Both the position numbers and the translations under genes were made by a program. This document shows positions 1 through 8,879 of a stretch of 64,000 nucleotides of DNA, in pieces (positions within the stretch are counted from its first letter, which is position 1; each line of letters starts with the position of its first letter). The notes beneath the pieces are model-generated. The model made no database searches. It saw nothing but the letters and a program-made list of their open reading frames with translations, and was not told the origin of the DNA. The stretch is taken from NCBI GenBank assembly GCA_945787805.1, contig CALZID010000004.1, positions 7,712 through 71,711 of the forward strand, written 5' to 3'. Source of the DNA: an uncultured Clostridia bacterium (GTDB taxonomy: Bacteria; Bacillota; Clostridia; Oscillospirales; Acutalibacteraceae).

Positions 1-165
1 TTGCTTTTCTGTTTGTTTCTCTGTTGCTTCTGTTGAGACTTCTGATGATACAGTTGTACTTTCTGTTGTTGAAGTTGTGTTATCGTCGTTATTTGTGCCT
101 GAACAACCCACACACATTAAGAAAATCACCAAAATTAAAGTCAGAGCAAATAAATGTTTTTTCAT
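1..165 (-). CDS. putative lipoprotein, N-terminal part only (gene runs off the left edge)
   Basis: ATG at 165 (CAT 163-165) lies just downstream of AGGTGA. Translation is MKKHLFALTLILVIFLMCVGCSGTNNDD..., a signal peptide with a VGC lipobox followed by a Ser/Thr/Glu-rich linker. The frame is open to base 1. Too short for the ORF track. Confidence 0.5.
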   Translation of the reverse strand, partial: MKKHLFALTLILVIFLMCVGCSGTNNDDNTTSTTESTTVSSEVSTEATEKQTEKQ

Positions 166-178
166 ATATATCACCTGA

Positions 179-208
179 TAAAAAGAAGGTGTGCCAAACA
201 CACCTTCT
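179..208 (-). terminator. intrinsic terminator between the small ORF and the lipoprotein gene
   Basis: AGAAGGTGTG-N5-CACACCTTCT stem (184-208), followed on the minus strand by a T-run. Confidence 0.55.
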
Positions 209-231
209 CTTTATTAAATAATCACCTAAAA

Positions 232-336
232 TTATGCTACGCCAATAAAGCCAAGGATAACATTGATGAGCTCCATTGGGTCAAAGCCTTCAAATAAAGT
301 TTTAAGGGTTTCAAAAATACCTGCTAAAGCCTCCAT
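232..336 (-). CDS. 34-aa small amphipathic peptide (hypothetical)
   Basis: ATG at 336 is preceded by GAAGGAGGTG with good spacing. Translation is MEALAGIFETLKTLFEGFDPMELINVILGFIGVA, with stop TAA at 232-234. An upstream TTGAAA-17-TATTAT promoter is present and a terminator lies downstream. No homolog recognised. Confidence 0.35.
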   Translation of the reverse strand: MEALAGIFETLKTLFEGFDPMELINVILGFIGVA

Positions 337-454
337 TGTGCGCACCTCCTTCTTTATCTCTTGTATACATAATACTACTATTTCGTTTTATTTTCAACAC
401 TTTTGTTGAAAAATGTTCAACAAAAAAGCAGTCTGATTTTTGTTAATATTTAAC

Positions 455-486
455 AAATAAAAAAGCCCCGTCCTATAAGAACGGGG
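455..486 (-). terminator. intrinsic terminator of the rplJL transcript
   Basis: CCCCGT-N9-ACGGGG hairpin followed by CTTTTTATTT on the minus strand, 22 nt after the rplL stop. Confidence 0.8.
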
Positions 487-507
487 TATAAAAACTTGAA
501 AGTTAAC

Positions 508-885
508 TTATTTAAGAGTAACTTTTGCGCCAACTTCTTCAAGCTTTGCTTTTGCAGCTTCAGCGTCTTCTTTTGATGCTGCTTCTTTAAGTACTTTAGG
601 AGCACCGTCAACGATTGCTTTTGCTTCTGCAAGACCAAGACCTGTGATTTCACGAACAGCCTTGATAACCTTGATTTTTTCTGCGCCTACTTCTGTAAGC
701 TCAACATCAAATTCTGTCTTTTCTTCAGCTGCTGCTGCGCCGCCTGCTGCCGGAGCTGCTACTGCTACTGCTGCTGCTGCAGATACACCGAATTCTTCTT
801 CTACTGCTTTAACGAGCTCTGAAAGCTCAAGAACTGAAAGAACTTTAAGTTCTTCAACGATTGCCATAACTTTTTCTGATGCCAT
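508..885 (-). CDS. rplL: 50S ribosomal protein L7/L12
   Basis: 125 aa with an Ala-rich hinge ([20 protein letters not shown]). The C-terminal domain [29 protein letters not shown] is the typical L7/L12 signature. Confidence 0.97.
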   Translation of the reverse strand: MASEKVMAIVEELKVLSVLELSELVKAVEEEFGVSAAAAVAVAAPAAGGAAAAEEKTEFDVELTEVGAEKIKVIKAVREITGLGLAEAKAIVDGAPKVLKEAASKEDAEAAKAKLEEVGAKVTLK

Positions 886-936
886 GGTAATTTACCTCCA
901 ATTATTAAATCAATTATTTTTAAGTTTGTTTTTTAA

Positions 937-1452
937 TTATTCAGCAGCCGGTGCTGCTTCGCCGTTTTTGTCGACAATAGCTTGTACTGCACGGGCAAAA
1001 GAAGCGATTGGTGCGTTAAACGCACTGAGAACTGTAGCAAGCAATACTTCTCTTGACGGAAGTTTTGCAAGTGCTTCAAGTTTTTCGAGAGAAATAACTT
1101 CACCGTCAAGGAAACCTGATTTAAGTGTGAAATTATCGCTCTTCTCAGCATATTTGCCGAGAATTCTTGCTGCTGCAACATAGTCGTCTTTACTTGTTGC
1201 GATAGCTGTTGTTCCTTCAAGAACACTGCCCATATCAGCAAGGCTTGTTCCTTCGATGGCACGACCTAAAAGTGTGTTCTTTACAACTGTGTATTCAACA
1301 CCTGCTTCTCTGAGCTCTTTACGAAGCTTTGTATCGTCTTCAACGCTGATACCCTTGTAATCAACAACAACACCTGCGATTGAAGCGTCAATTCTTTCTT
1401 TAAGCTGAGCCACCTGCTGTTTCTTTAATTCTAAAACCTTCTCGCTTGGCAA
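937..1452 (-). CDS. rplJ: 50S ribosomal protein L10
   Basis: 171 aa with an L10-like sequence, sitting immediately upstream of rplL. TTG start lies 8 nt after AGGAGGTG. Confidence 0.93.
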   Translation of the reverse strand: MPSEKVLELKKQQVAQLKERIDASIAGVVVDYKGISVEDDTKLRKELREAGVEYTVVKNTLLGRAIEGTSLADMGSVLEGTTAIATSKDDYVAAARILGKYAEKSDNFTLKSGFLDGEVISLEKLEALAKLPSREVLLATVLSAFNAPIASFARAVQAIVDKNGEAAPAAE

Positions 1453-1612
1453 ACGAATTCACCTCCTATTATTTTTTATAAATGCGCTTGCAAGGAGAAA
1501 AAATATGCCTCTTCTGCAAAGACAGAAAAGGCATAGAAACATTTTAATTAAATGCTAATATCCTCGGTAGGCAGTTGAAACTTTATGCAAAATGCACCTA
1601 CTGTCTTTGGCA
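1453..1612 (-). promoter_or_regulatory. ribosomal protein L10 leader with attenuator terminator
   Basis: The minus-strand leader contains GACAGUAGG...CCUACCGAGG pairing typical of Firmicutes L10 leaders. A hairpin AUGCCUUUUCUG-N6-CAGAAGAGGCAU plus U-run (1495-1534) lies just before the rplJ RBS. Confidence 0.6.
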
Positions 1613-1621
1613 AGCTTTATT

Positions 1622-1650
1622 ATACTAACACAACCAACACGGTTTGTCAA
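1622..1650 (-). promoter_or_regulatory. sigma-A type promoter for rplJL
   Basis: TTGACA-17 nt-TAGTAT(AAT) on the minus strand, directly after the rplA stop. Confidence 0.6.
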
Positions 1651-1660
1651 GTATTTTTAA

Positions 1661-2368
1661 TTATTCGGCAACAGGAGCTGCAACGAATTTGTTAGCGTTG
1701 ATTTTAACGCCCGGGCCCATTGTTGAAGCAACAGTAACAGATTTAATGTACTGACCTTTTGTTGCGGCGGGTTTTGCTTTAACGATAGCATCCATAAGTG
1801 TATCAAGGTTTTCTTTAAGTTTGTCTGCACCGAATGATACCTTACCGATTGGGCAGTGAATGATGTTTGTCTTATCAAGACGGTATTCAATCTTACCTGC
1901 CTTAGCTTCTGTAACAGCCTTAGCAACATCGGGTGTAACTGTGCCTGCTTTCGGGCTTGGCATAAGACCGCGAGGACCGAGAACCTTACCGAGACGGCCA
2001 ACGATACCCATCATATCAGGGCTTGCGATACATACATCAAAGTCCATAAATCCACCCTGGATTCTTTCCATAAGGTCTTCTGCACCGACATATTCAGCAC
2101 CGGCTGCGAGAGCTGCATCAACTTTATCGCCTTTTGCGAATACTGCAACTCTAACGCTCTTACCTGTACCGTTAGGAAGAACTACTGCGCCTCTAACCTG
2201 TTGGTCTGCGTGACGAGAGTCAACGCCGAGACGAACATGAAGCTCAACTGTTTCGTCAAATTTAGCAGTTGCGCCCTTAACTGTGAGTTCAAGAGCTTCT
2301 GCCGTATCATAAAGTTTTGTTTTGTCGATAAGCTTTGCGCTTTCAACATATTTCTTTCCGTGTTTCAT
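1661..2368 (-). CDS. rplA: 50S ribosomal protein L1
   Basis: 235 aa with the L1 signature (MKHGKKY...[27 protein letters not shown]). RBS GGAGGAAA lies upstream. Confidence 0.97.
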   Translation of the reverse strand: MKHGKKYVESAKLIDKTKLYDTAEALELTVKGATAKFDETVELHVRLGVDSRHADQQVRGAVVLPNGTGKSVRVAVFAKGDKVDAALAAGAEYVGAEDLMERIQGGFMDFDVCIASPDMMGIVGRLGKVLGPRGLMPSPKAGTVTPDVAKAVTEAKAGKIEYRLDKTNIIHCPIGKVSFGADKLKENLDTLMDAIVKAKPAATKGQYIKSVTVASTMGPGVKINANKFVAAPVAE

Positions 2369-2429
2369 AATTCAATTTCCTCCAAAATAGTGGTTAATCG
2401 GATTCTGATTTTTCCTCCCACAAGGAGAA

Positions 2430-2855
2430 TCAGTCTACTACTGTAACGCCCATGCTGCGTGCTGTACCTGCAATCATACTCATTGCAGTTTCAATTGTTG
2501 CAGCGTTAAGGTCGGGCATTTTTTGCTCAGCGATTTTTTTAATCTGCTCTTTTGTGATTGTAGCTACCTTTGTTTTGTTAGGCACACCTGAACCACTCTC
2601 GATTCCGCATGCTTTCTTAATAAGAACTGCTGCGGGTGGAGTTTTTGTTACGAATGTAAATGTACGGTCTGCATAAACTGTGATTACAACAGGGATAATA
2701 AGTCCCATATCGTTCTTTGTGCGTTCGTTGAATTCTTTTGTGAACGCCATAATGTTAACACCGTGCTGACCAAGTGCAGGTCCGACAGGTGGTGCCGGTG
2801 TTGCTTTTCCGGCAGGGATTTGAAGCTTAATAAAGCCTACTACTTTTTGAGCCAT
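2430..2855 (-). CDS. rplK: 50S ribosomal protein L11
   Basis: The internal ATG at 2855 ([34 protein letters not shown]) is the conserved L11 N-terminus and is preceded by GGAGGTGC. The 27-codon upstream extension in the ORF track was rejected. Confidence 0.95.
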   Translation of the reverse strand: MAQKVVGFIKLQIPAGKATPAPPVGPALGQHGVNIMAFTKEFNERTKNDMGLIIPVVITVYADRTFTFVTKTPPAAVLIKKACGIESGSGVPNKTKVATITKEQIKKIAEQKMPDLNAATIETAMSMIAGTARSMGVTVVD

Positions 2856-2973
2856 TTTTAGCACCTCCAAAATTCGTGGTATGGCGGAACAGACAGCTCT
2901 TCTGCTCCTCCCACGACGCTTTGACAAAAGCGTCATAAAAAGCGTAAATCACGCTAATTACCAAATAAATAAA

Positions 2974-3531
2974 TCAGTCTTCGACCTTTTCAACCTGGTC
3001 GAGTTCAAGATCGACAGGGGTTTCTCTGCCGAGCATTGAAATTACTACGCATACCGAGTTGTTATCAACATCAAGCTCGCGGACAACACCCATAATGCCT
3101 TCAAATGCACCGTCGATAATTGTAACCATATCGCCGACTGCATAATTGATTTCGATGACCTTCTTTTCAACACCCATTTCGTAAACTTCTTTCTCTGTAA
3201 GAGGAATGGGCTTACTCTCGGGGCCGACAAAGCCTGTAACACCGCGAGTGTTGCGAATTACATACCAAGTGTCATCTGTCATTTCAAGGTCGCCTGTTTC
3301 TTCGTTTTCAAAAACTGCAACCTTAACCATTACATAACCCGGGAAAATTTTTCTTTCAACTTCTTTTTTCTGCTCGTCTTTAATTTCAGTAACGATTTCT
3401 GTGGGAACTTTAACCTCTAAAATTAAGTCGTGCATTTTTCGGTTTTCAACAAATTTTTCAATTGTTGAAGCAACCTTGTTTTCATAACCTGAATAAGTAT
3501 GAACTACATACCATTTGGAGATTTCTGCCAT
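2974..3531 (-). CDS. nusG: transcription termination/antitermination factor NusG
   Basis: 185 aa. WYVVHTYSGYENKV is the NGN domain start and a C-terminal KOW motif (GDMVTIIDGAFEG) is present. Conserved secE-nusG-rplK synteny. Confidence 0.95.
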   Translation of the reverse strand: MAEISKWYVVHTYSGYENKVASTIEKFVENRKMHDLILEVKVPTEIVTEIKDEQKKEVERKIFPGYVMVKVAVFENEETGDLEMTDDTWYVIRNTRGVTGFVGPESKPIPLTEKEVYEMGVEKKVIEINYAVGDMVTIIDGAFEGIMGVVRELDVDNNSVCVVISMLGRETPVDLELDQVEKVED

Positions 3532-3549
3532 AACTTAATCTCCTTTCGA

Positions 3550-3897
3550 TTACTTCATTAAAAACAAGTTAATCATATTTGCTGCCTGTGTTGTTGTTTC
3601 TTTAACTTCATCTTTTGAAGCAAGTCCGACTAAAGCGTCAATGATTGCTGCAAGTCCCTGGTCAATTGCGAAAATTACAACGCAAACGATTGCAACAACA
3701 ACAATAACAACCAATGAATTGTTAAGAACTGTTTTTCCGGATGGCCATGTAACCTTTTTGCACTCACCCTTAAAGTCTTTGAAGAACTTTTTGATTGCCG
3801 GCCCGATTTTCTTTAAAGGATTTTCCTTTTTCTTTGCGGGGGCGTTTTTCTTCTTCTCAACTGTTTCGGTAGCGGTCTTTTCTTTTTTGTCAGACAT
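3550..3897 (-). CDS. secE: preprotein translocase subunit SecE
   Basis: 115 aa with a Lys-rich N-terminus. FFKDFKGECKKVTWPSGKTVLNN is followed by a single TM helix. Position is between rpmG and nusG. Confidence 0.85.
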   Translation of the reverse strand: MSDKKEKTATETVEKKKNAPAKKKENPLKKIGPAIKKFFKDFKGECKKVTWPSGKTVLNNSLVVIVVVAIVCVVIFAIDQGLAAIIDALVGLASKDEVKETTTQAANMINLFLMK

Positions 3898-3913
3898 TTC
3901 ACTAACCTCCGAA

Positions 3914-4063
3914 TTACTTTGTTTCCCTATGAAGAGTGTGTTTCTTGCAGAATCTGCAATACTTGTTCATTTCCATTCTGTCGGGAGTGTTCTTCTTGTT
4001 TTTCTTTGTGTTGTAGTTTCGCTGTTTGCACTCTGTGCAAGCTAATGTGATTTTTACTCTCAT
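3914..4063 (-). CDS. rpmG: 50S ribosomal protein L33
   Basis: Internal ATG at 4063 gives [49 protein letters not shown] (49 aa, CxxC...CxxC). RBS GGAGGTG lies upstream. Confidence 0.9.
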   Translation of the reverse strand: MRVKITLACTECKQRNYNTKKNKKNTPDRMEMNKYCRFCKKHTLHRETK

Positions 4064-4331
4064 TTTCGGCACCTCCGTTATTATGTTATCTGAAAAATCA
4101 GCAGATAACTGTGTATAGCCTGCCTCGTAAAAATGGGCACAAAAATAAAACCCTCTTTCTCGAGGTACGAGTATTTTATCACGCTTGTCAATATATGTCA
4201 AGTAGTTTGAAAAAGTTTTTTCAAAATCAAAATCTTAAATAAAATTTATACAAAAATTGTTTAATTATAATGTATATTGAATATATCTTTTTATACATTA
4301 TGACAAAAGTAGTTTTTTTGTGGCTTTTTTA

Positions 4332-4360
4332 TTGACGGATTTTCTGTTTTATGTTAAAAT
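4332..4360 (+). promoter_or_regulatory. sigma-A type promoter
   Basis: TTGACG-17 nt-TAAAAT, upstream of the 32-codon ORF. Confidence 0.5.
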
Positions 4361-4383
4361 TCAATAAGCAAATTGAAGGAGTG

Positions 4384-4482
4384 ATGGCAATGTTGAATAT
4401 CTGCAAGCAAAAGCAAAAAGACATTGGTATTGCTATTCAATTTTTTAGCGATAATGTTTCTATTTTTCATTTTTCTTTTTAA
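4384..4482 (+). CDS. 32-aa small ORF (possible leader peptide or small protein)
   Basis: GAAGGAG RBS, then ATG at 4384. Translation is MAMLNICKQKQKDIGIAIQFFSDNVSIFHFSF. The TAA stop (4480-4482) overlaps the first bases of a terminator stem. Confidence 0.3.
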   Translation: MAMLNICKQKQKDIGIAIQFFSDNVSIFHFSF

Positions 4483-4510
4483 CGACGGTTTTTCCGTCGT
4501 TATTTTTTTG
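4481..4510 (+). terminator. intrinsic terminator
   Basis: AACGACGG-N5-CCGTCGTT followed by ATTTTTTTG. Confidence 0.8.
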
Positions 4511-4531
4511 TGTTCTTCTTCATTTTATATG

Positions 4532-4560
4532 TTGAATAACACCGTATATTATAGTATAAT
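4532..4560 (+). promoter_or_regulatory. sigma-A type promoter for the first carAB pair
   Basis: TTGAAT-17 nt-TATAAT, 37 nt upstream of the carA-like start. Confidence 0.55.
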
Positions 4561-4596
4561 ATTCAGTTGAAATAAACAGAAAGGCTGGTGTGAATT

Positions 4597-5640
4597 TTGA
4601 AAGCGTATTTAATGCTTGAAAACGGCGCTGTTTTTGAAGGACAGGCTGCCGGAAAATTCAAAGAAACTGTATGTGAATTAGTATTTAACACATCAATGAC
4701 CGGATATGTTGAAATGCTGTCGGACCCGTCAAATGCAGGTTTGGGTGTGGTTATGACTTATCCGCTTATCGGCAACTACGGTGTTTGTCTTGAAGATATG
4801 GAAAGTAACAGGCTCTACCCCGCCGCACTTTTGGTGCACGAGCTTTGTGATACTCCGTCGAATTTCAGAAGTGAGATGACGCTTGAAGAATTGCTTATCA
4901 AATATGAAATTCCTTGCATAAAAGGTCTTGATGACCGCGCAATAGTTATGAATCTTCGTGAAAACGGCGCTATGAAAGCAATTATCACAGATGACATTTC
5001 AAATAAAGACGCACTTTTTGATAAAATCAATGCATTTGGGATTAAGAATGATTACAAAGGTGCTGACAGAAAAATTTCCGATGACGGAACAAGCCTTGCA
5101 TTCATTGATTTTGGCGCAAGAAAGAGTTTTGTAGACGCTTTTGCAAAGCGTGGATTTGCGGTTTCTGCTTTCTCTGAGCTCAATGCCGATGAAATCATCG
5201 CAAAAGGCTTTGAAGGCGTTGTGCTTTCCAACGGTGTTGAAGATTTTGATACACTTGCTTATACGATAGAAGAAATCAAAAAGCTTATGGACAAAAATGT
5301 ACCAATTTTTGCAATCGGTCTCGGTCACCAGCTCGTTGCTCTTGCAAATGGCGGCAAGGTTGAAAAAATGCTTCACGGTCACAGAGGCTGCAACTATCCC
5401 GTTAGATTTAACCATATTGATAAAACATATATCACTGCGCAAAACCACGGATATGCGGTGACAGAAGCTCCTGCAAACGCAGATGTGCTTTGCTCAAATG
5501 TAAACGACAATACAATTGAAGGTTTCAAATATAAGAACAAGCCCGTTATGACTGTTCAGTTTATTCCAGACACCGCAAAAGGTCCGAACACAGCCTTCTT
5601 GTTTGACGATTTTAAGAATATAATTAAGGAGGGCAAATAA
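4597..5640 (+). CDS. carA: carbamoyl-phosphate synthase small-subunit paralog lacking the glutaminase catalytic triad
   Basis: The CarA N-domain is conserved (VFNTSMTGYVEMLSDPSNAG...TYPLIGNYGV). In the GATase domain, GICLGHQ is AIGLGHQ (Cys->Gly, codon 5317-5319). VQYHPE is VQFIPD (His->Ile at 5563-5565, Glu->Asp at 5569-5571). GPGNP is GVEDF. The TTG start gives the usual MKAxLxLENG N-terminus. Confidence 0.9.
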   Translation: MKAYLMLENGAVFEGQAAGKFKETVCELVFNTSMTGYVEMLSDPSNAGLGVVMTYPLIGNYGVCLEDMESNRLYPAALLVHELCDTPSNFRSEMTLEELLIKYEIPCIKGLDDRAIVMNLRENGAMKAIITDDISNKDALFDKINAFGIKNDYKGADRKISDDGTSLAFIDFGARKSFVDAFAKRGFAVSAFSELNADEIIAKGFEGVVLSNGVEDFDTLAYTIEEIKKLMDKNVPIFAIGLGHQLVALANGGKVEKMLHGHRGCNYPVRFNHIDKTYITAQNHGYAVTEAPANADVLCSNVNDNTIEGFKYKNKPVMTVQFIPDTAKGPNTAFLFDDFKNIIKEGK

Positions 5641-5641
5641 T

Positions 5642-8600
5642 ATGTTGGATAAAAGCATAAAAAAAGTAATGGTTATCGGCTCGGGACCTATTATTATCGG
5701 TCAAGCTGCCGAATTTGACTATGCGGGCACTCAGGCTTGCCGCTCTCTTAAAGAAGAAGGCGTTGAGGTAGTTCTTGTAAACTCTAACCCCGCTACAATT
5801 ATGACCGACGGCGACATTGCGGACAAGGTTTATGTTGAGCCTCTCACAATTCCTACACTCACAAAAATCATTGAAAAAGAAAAGCCCGACTCACTTCTCC
5901 CCTCCCTTGGCGGTCAAACAGGTCTTAACCTTGCAATGGAGCTTAACGAGTTAGGTATTCTTAAAGAAAACAATGTTCGTCTTATAGGTATCAATGCCGA
6001 CTCAATCAAAAAAGCCGAAGACAGACAAGAATTCAAGGACACAATGGAAGCTATCGGCGAGCCTTGTATTGAATCCCTTGTTGTTGAAACGGTTGAAGAT
6101 GCACTTGAATTCTCTGCCAAAATCGGATACCCCGTAATTGTTCGTCCCGCATATACGCTGGGCGGTACAGGTGGCGGTATTGCCTATGACGAAGAACAGC
6201 TTCACGAAATTGCATCAAACGGTATCCGTCTTTCCCGTGTTAATCAGGTTCTTATTGAGAAATGTATTTCAGGTTGGAAAGAAATCGAATTTGAAACAAT
6301 GCGTGACTCAAAGGGCAACTGCATTACAATCTGTTCAATGGAGAATGTTGACCCCGTCGGTATTCATACGGGTGACTCAATTGTTGTAGCCCCTGCGCAG
6401 ACACTTATGGATAAAGAATATTCAATGCTTCGCAATGCCGCACTCAACATTATTGACGCTCTTGACATTCAGGGCGGTTGTAATGTTCAGTTTGCACTTC
6501 ACCCCACATCATTTGAATATGCGGTTATCGAGGTTAATCCCCGTGTTTCCCGTTCATCAGCGTTGGCATCTAAGGCAACGGGCTTCCCGATTGCCCGAGT
6601 TGCGTCAAAAATTGCTCTCGGCTTAGGTCTTGACGAAATTCCTAATGCTGTTACCGGAAAAACTTATGCATCATTTGAGCCGACTATCGACTATATCGTA
6701 TGCAAATTCCCGAAATGGCCCTTTGACAAGTTTGTTACTGCCAAAAAAACTCTCGGTACACAGATGAAAGCCACCGGTGAAGTTATGTCAATTGCACGCA
6801 CATTCGAGGCGGCGCTTCATAAGTCACTTCACTCACTTGAAGAAAACAAAGAGTCTTTGCTTCTCGACTCACTTATGGATTTGAGCAAAGAAGAAGTGCG
6901 CAGTCAGCTCTATAATGTTGACAATATGCGAGTTTACACAATTGCGGTTGCGATTTATAAAGGTATCGCTCTTGAAGAAATCTACGATATCACGAAGATT
7001 GATATGTGGTTCTTAAATAAAATCAAAAACATTGTTGATATGGAAAAGGTTCTAAAGTCAGGCAGATGCGATAAAGAAACTCTTTTCGCCGCCAAGAAAA
7101 TGGGCTTTACCGACTCTGTTATCGCTAAAAATGTGGGTACAACAACGAGCGCTGTTAAGCATTTGAGAAAGCTTTGGAATATTATTCCCGCATTCTCTAT
7201 TGTTGATACTTGCGCCGCTGAATTCCCCGCACAGACGCCGTATTACTATTCGGATTACGGTATTGCTAACGAAGTTAATCCGAGAACCGACAAGAAAAAG
7301 ATTATGGTACTCGGTTCGGGTCCTATCAGAATCGGTCAGGGCGTTGAATTTGACTATTGTTCAGTTCACTCGGTTTGGGCGCTTAAAAAGGCCGGCTGTG
7401 AAGCAATTATCGTAAACAACAACCCGGAAACGGTTTCAACCGACTTTGATGTGTCCGACAAGCTCTATTTTGAACCGTTGACACCCGAATATGTAACAAG
7501 CATTGTTGAGCTTGAAAATCCCGACGGCGCCATTGTTCAGTTTGGCGGACAGACTGCAATCAAGCTTACAAAAACTCTTAACGATTTAGGCGTTAAAATT
7601 CTCGGTACAGACGCCGACCATGTTGACGCGGCTGAAGACAGAGAGCGTTTTGACGAAATTCTTGAATTCTGTGATATAGCTCGTCCCAAGGGACAGACAG
7701 TGTTCACAGCACAGGAAGCAATTGCGGCGGCTCACTCGCTGGGCTACCCCGTACTTGTTCGTCCGAGCTATGTTCTCGGCGGCCAGGGTATGCAGATTGC
7801 GGCAAGCGACGAAGATATTATCGAATTTATGGATATTATCACCAGAACAATCCCCGACCTTTCAGAGCACCCTGTTCTTGTTGACAAATACCTTATGGGA
7901 CAGGAGGTTGAGGTTGACGCTATCTGCGACGGCAAAGATATTCTCATCCCCGGTATTATGGAGCATATTGACCGTGCGGGTATTCACTCGGGCGACTCAA
8001 TCTCGGTTTATCCTGCCGTTACACTTTCTGAAAAGGTACAGAAAACCATTGTTGATTATACAAAGCGTCTTGCTTCTGCATTGCATGTTATCGGTATGAT
8101 GAACATTCAGTTTATCGTACTTCGTGAAACAGTTTATATTATTGAGGTTAATCCCCGTTCTTCAAGAACTGTTCCTTATATTTCAAAGGTTACGGGTATT
8201 CCCGCAATCAGTCTTGCAACAAGAGCCATGCTGGGCGAGAGAATTGCCGATATGGGATACGGCACAGGTCTTTTCAAGAACAGCGGCTATTATGCAATTA
8301 AGCTTCCCGTGTTCTCATTTGAAAAGATTATCGGCGCTGACACTTCATTAGGCCCCGAAATGAAATCAACGGGTGAAGTTCTCGGTATTTCAAAAGACTA
8401 CAATGAAGCATTGCTTAAAGCCTTTGAAGGCGGCGGTGTTTCAATGCCTAAAAACGCAAAAATTGTTGTTACTGTCCGTGATAAGGACAAAGCGGAAATC
8501 GGTGAAATGCTCAAAGAGTTCAAGGACTCAGAATTTGAATTCTATGCTACACCGGGTACTTGCAAAGCTATTCGTGAAGCCGGAATTCAGTGCAAAGAGG

Positions 8601-8854
8601 TTAATCCTTTGACTGCTCCGTCGCCTAATATTATGGATATGCTGCAAAACGGTGAAGTTTCACTCATCATCAACACCCCGACTCACGGCAGACTCAGTGA
8701 CCGTGACGGATTCAAGCTTCGTCGTCTTGCGGTTGAATCGGGTACATCTTGCCTTACATCGCTTGATGCGGCGCTCAGTGTTATGAGAAGCACATTCATT
8801 GTGCCCGACGGAAAAATGAGCCTTACCGACATTGCCACCATTAAAATAAAATAG
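5642..8854 (+). CDS. carB: carbamoyl-phosphate synthase large subunit
   Basis: 1070 aa with two ATP-grasp halves (GSGPIIIGQAAEFDYAGTQA and GSGPIRIGQGVEFDYC), an oligomerisation domain and a C-terminal MGS-like domain. It starts 1 nt after the carA-like stop. Confidence 0.96.
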   Translation: MLDKSIKKVMVIGSGPIIIGQAAEFDYAGTQACRSLKEEGVEVVLVNSNPATIMTDGDIADKVYVEPLTIPTLTKIIEKEKPDSLLPSLGGQTGLNLAMELNELGILKENNVRLIGINADSIKKAEDRQEFKDTMEAIGEPCIESLVVETVEDALEFSAKIGYPVIVRPAYTLGGTGGGIAYDEEQLHEIASNGIRLSRVNQVLIEKCISGWKEIEFETMRDSKGNCITICSMENVDPVGIHTGDSIVVAPAQTLMDKEYSMLRNAALNIIDALDIQGGCNVQFALHPTSFEYAVIEVNPRVSRSSALASKATGFPIARVASKIALGLGLDEIPNAVTGKTYASFEPTIDYIVCKFPKWPFDKFVTAKKTLGTQMKATGEVMSIARTFEAALHKSLHSLEENKESLLLDSLMDLSKEEVRSQLYNVDNMRVYTIAVAIYKGIALEEIYDITKIDMWFLNKIKNIVDMEKVLKSGRCDKETLFAAKKMGFTDSVIAKNVGTTTSAVKHLRKLWNIIPAFSIVDTCAAEFPAQTPYYYSDYGIANEVNPRTDKKKIMVLGSGPIRIGQGVEFDYCSVHSVWALKKAGCEAIIVNNNPETVSTDFDVSDKLYFEPLTPEYVTSIVELENPDGAIVQFGGQTAIKLTKTLNDLGVKILGTDADHVDAAEDRERFDEILEFCDIARPKGQTVFTAQEAIAAAHSLGYPVLVRPSYVLGGQGMQIAASDEDIIEFMDIITRTIPDLSEHPVLVDKYLMGQEVEVDAICDGKDILIPGIMEHIDRAGIHSGDSISVYPAVTLSEKVQKTIVDYTKRLASALHVIGMMNIQFIVLRETVYIIEVNPRSSRTVPYISKVTGIPAISLATRAMLGERIADMGYGTGLFKNSGYYAIKLPVFSFEKIIGADTSLGPEMKSTGEVLGISKDYNEALLKAFEGGGVSMPKNAKIVVTVRDKDKAEIGEMLKEFKDSEFEFYATPGTCKAIREAGIQCKEVNPLTAPSPNIMDMLQNGEVSLIINTPTHGRLSDRDGFKLRRLAVESGTSCLTSLDAALSVMRSTFIVPDGKMSLTDIATIKIK

Positions 8855-8879
8855 TACACATAAAAGGAGTGTAGTATAT

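Noticed and set aside
644-1183. Long antisense ORFs opposite well-supported genes. Examples are 644-1183 (+), 1856-2446 (+), 22529-22966 (+), 36721-37494 (-), 45389-46051 (-), 47711-48187 (-) and 50824-51150 (-).
   Set aside because: Each lies entirely inside, or opposite, a gene with clear family signatures. Their translations are low-complexity or Ser/Leu/Cys-rich with no RBS. These are shadow ORFs.
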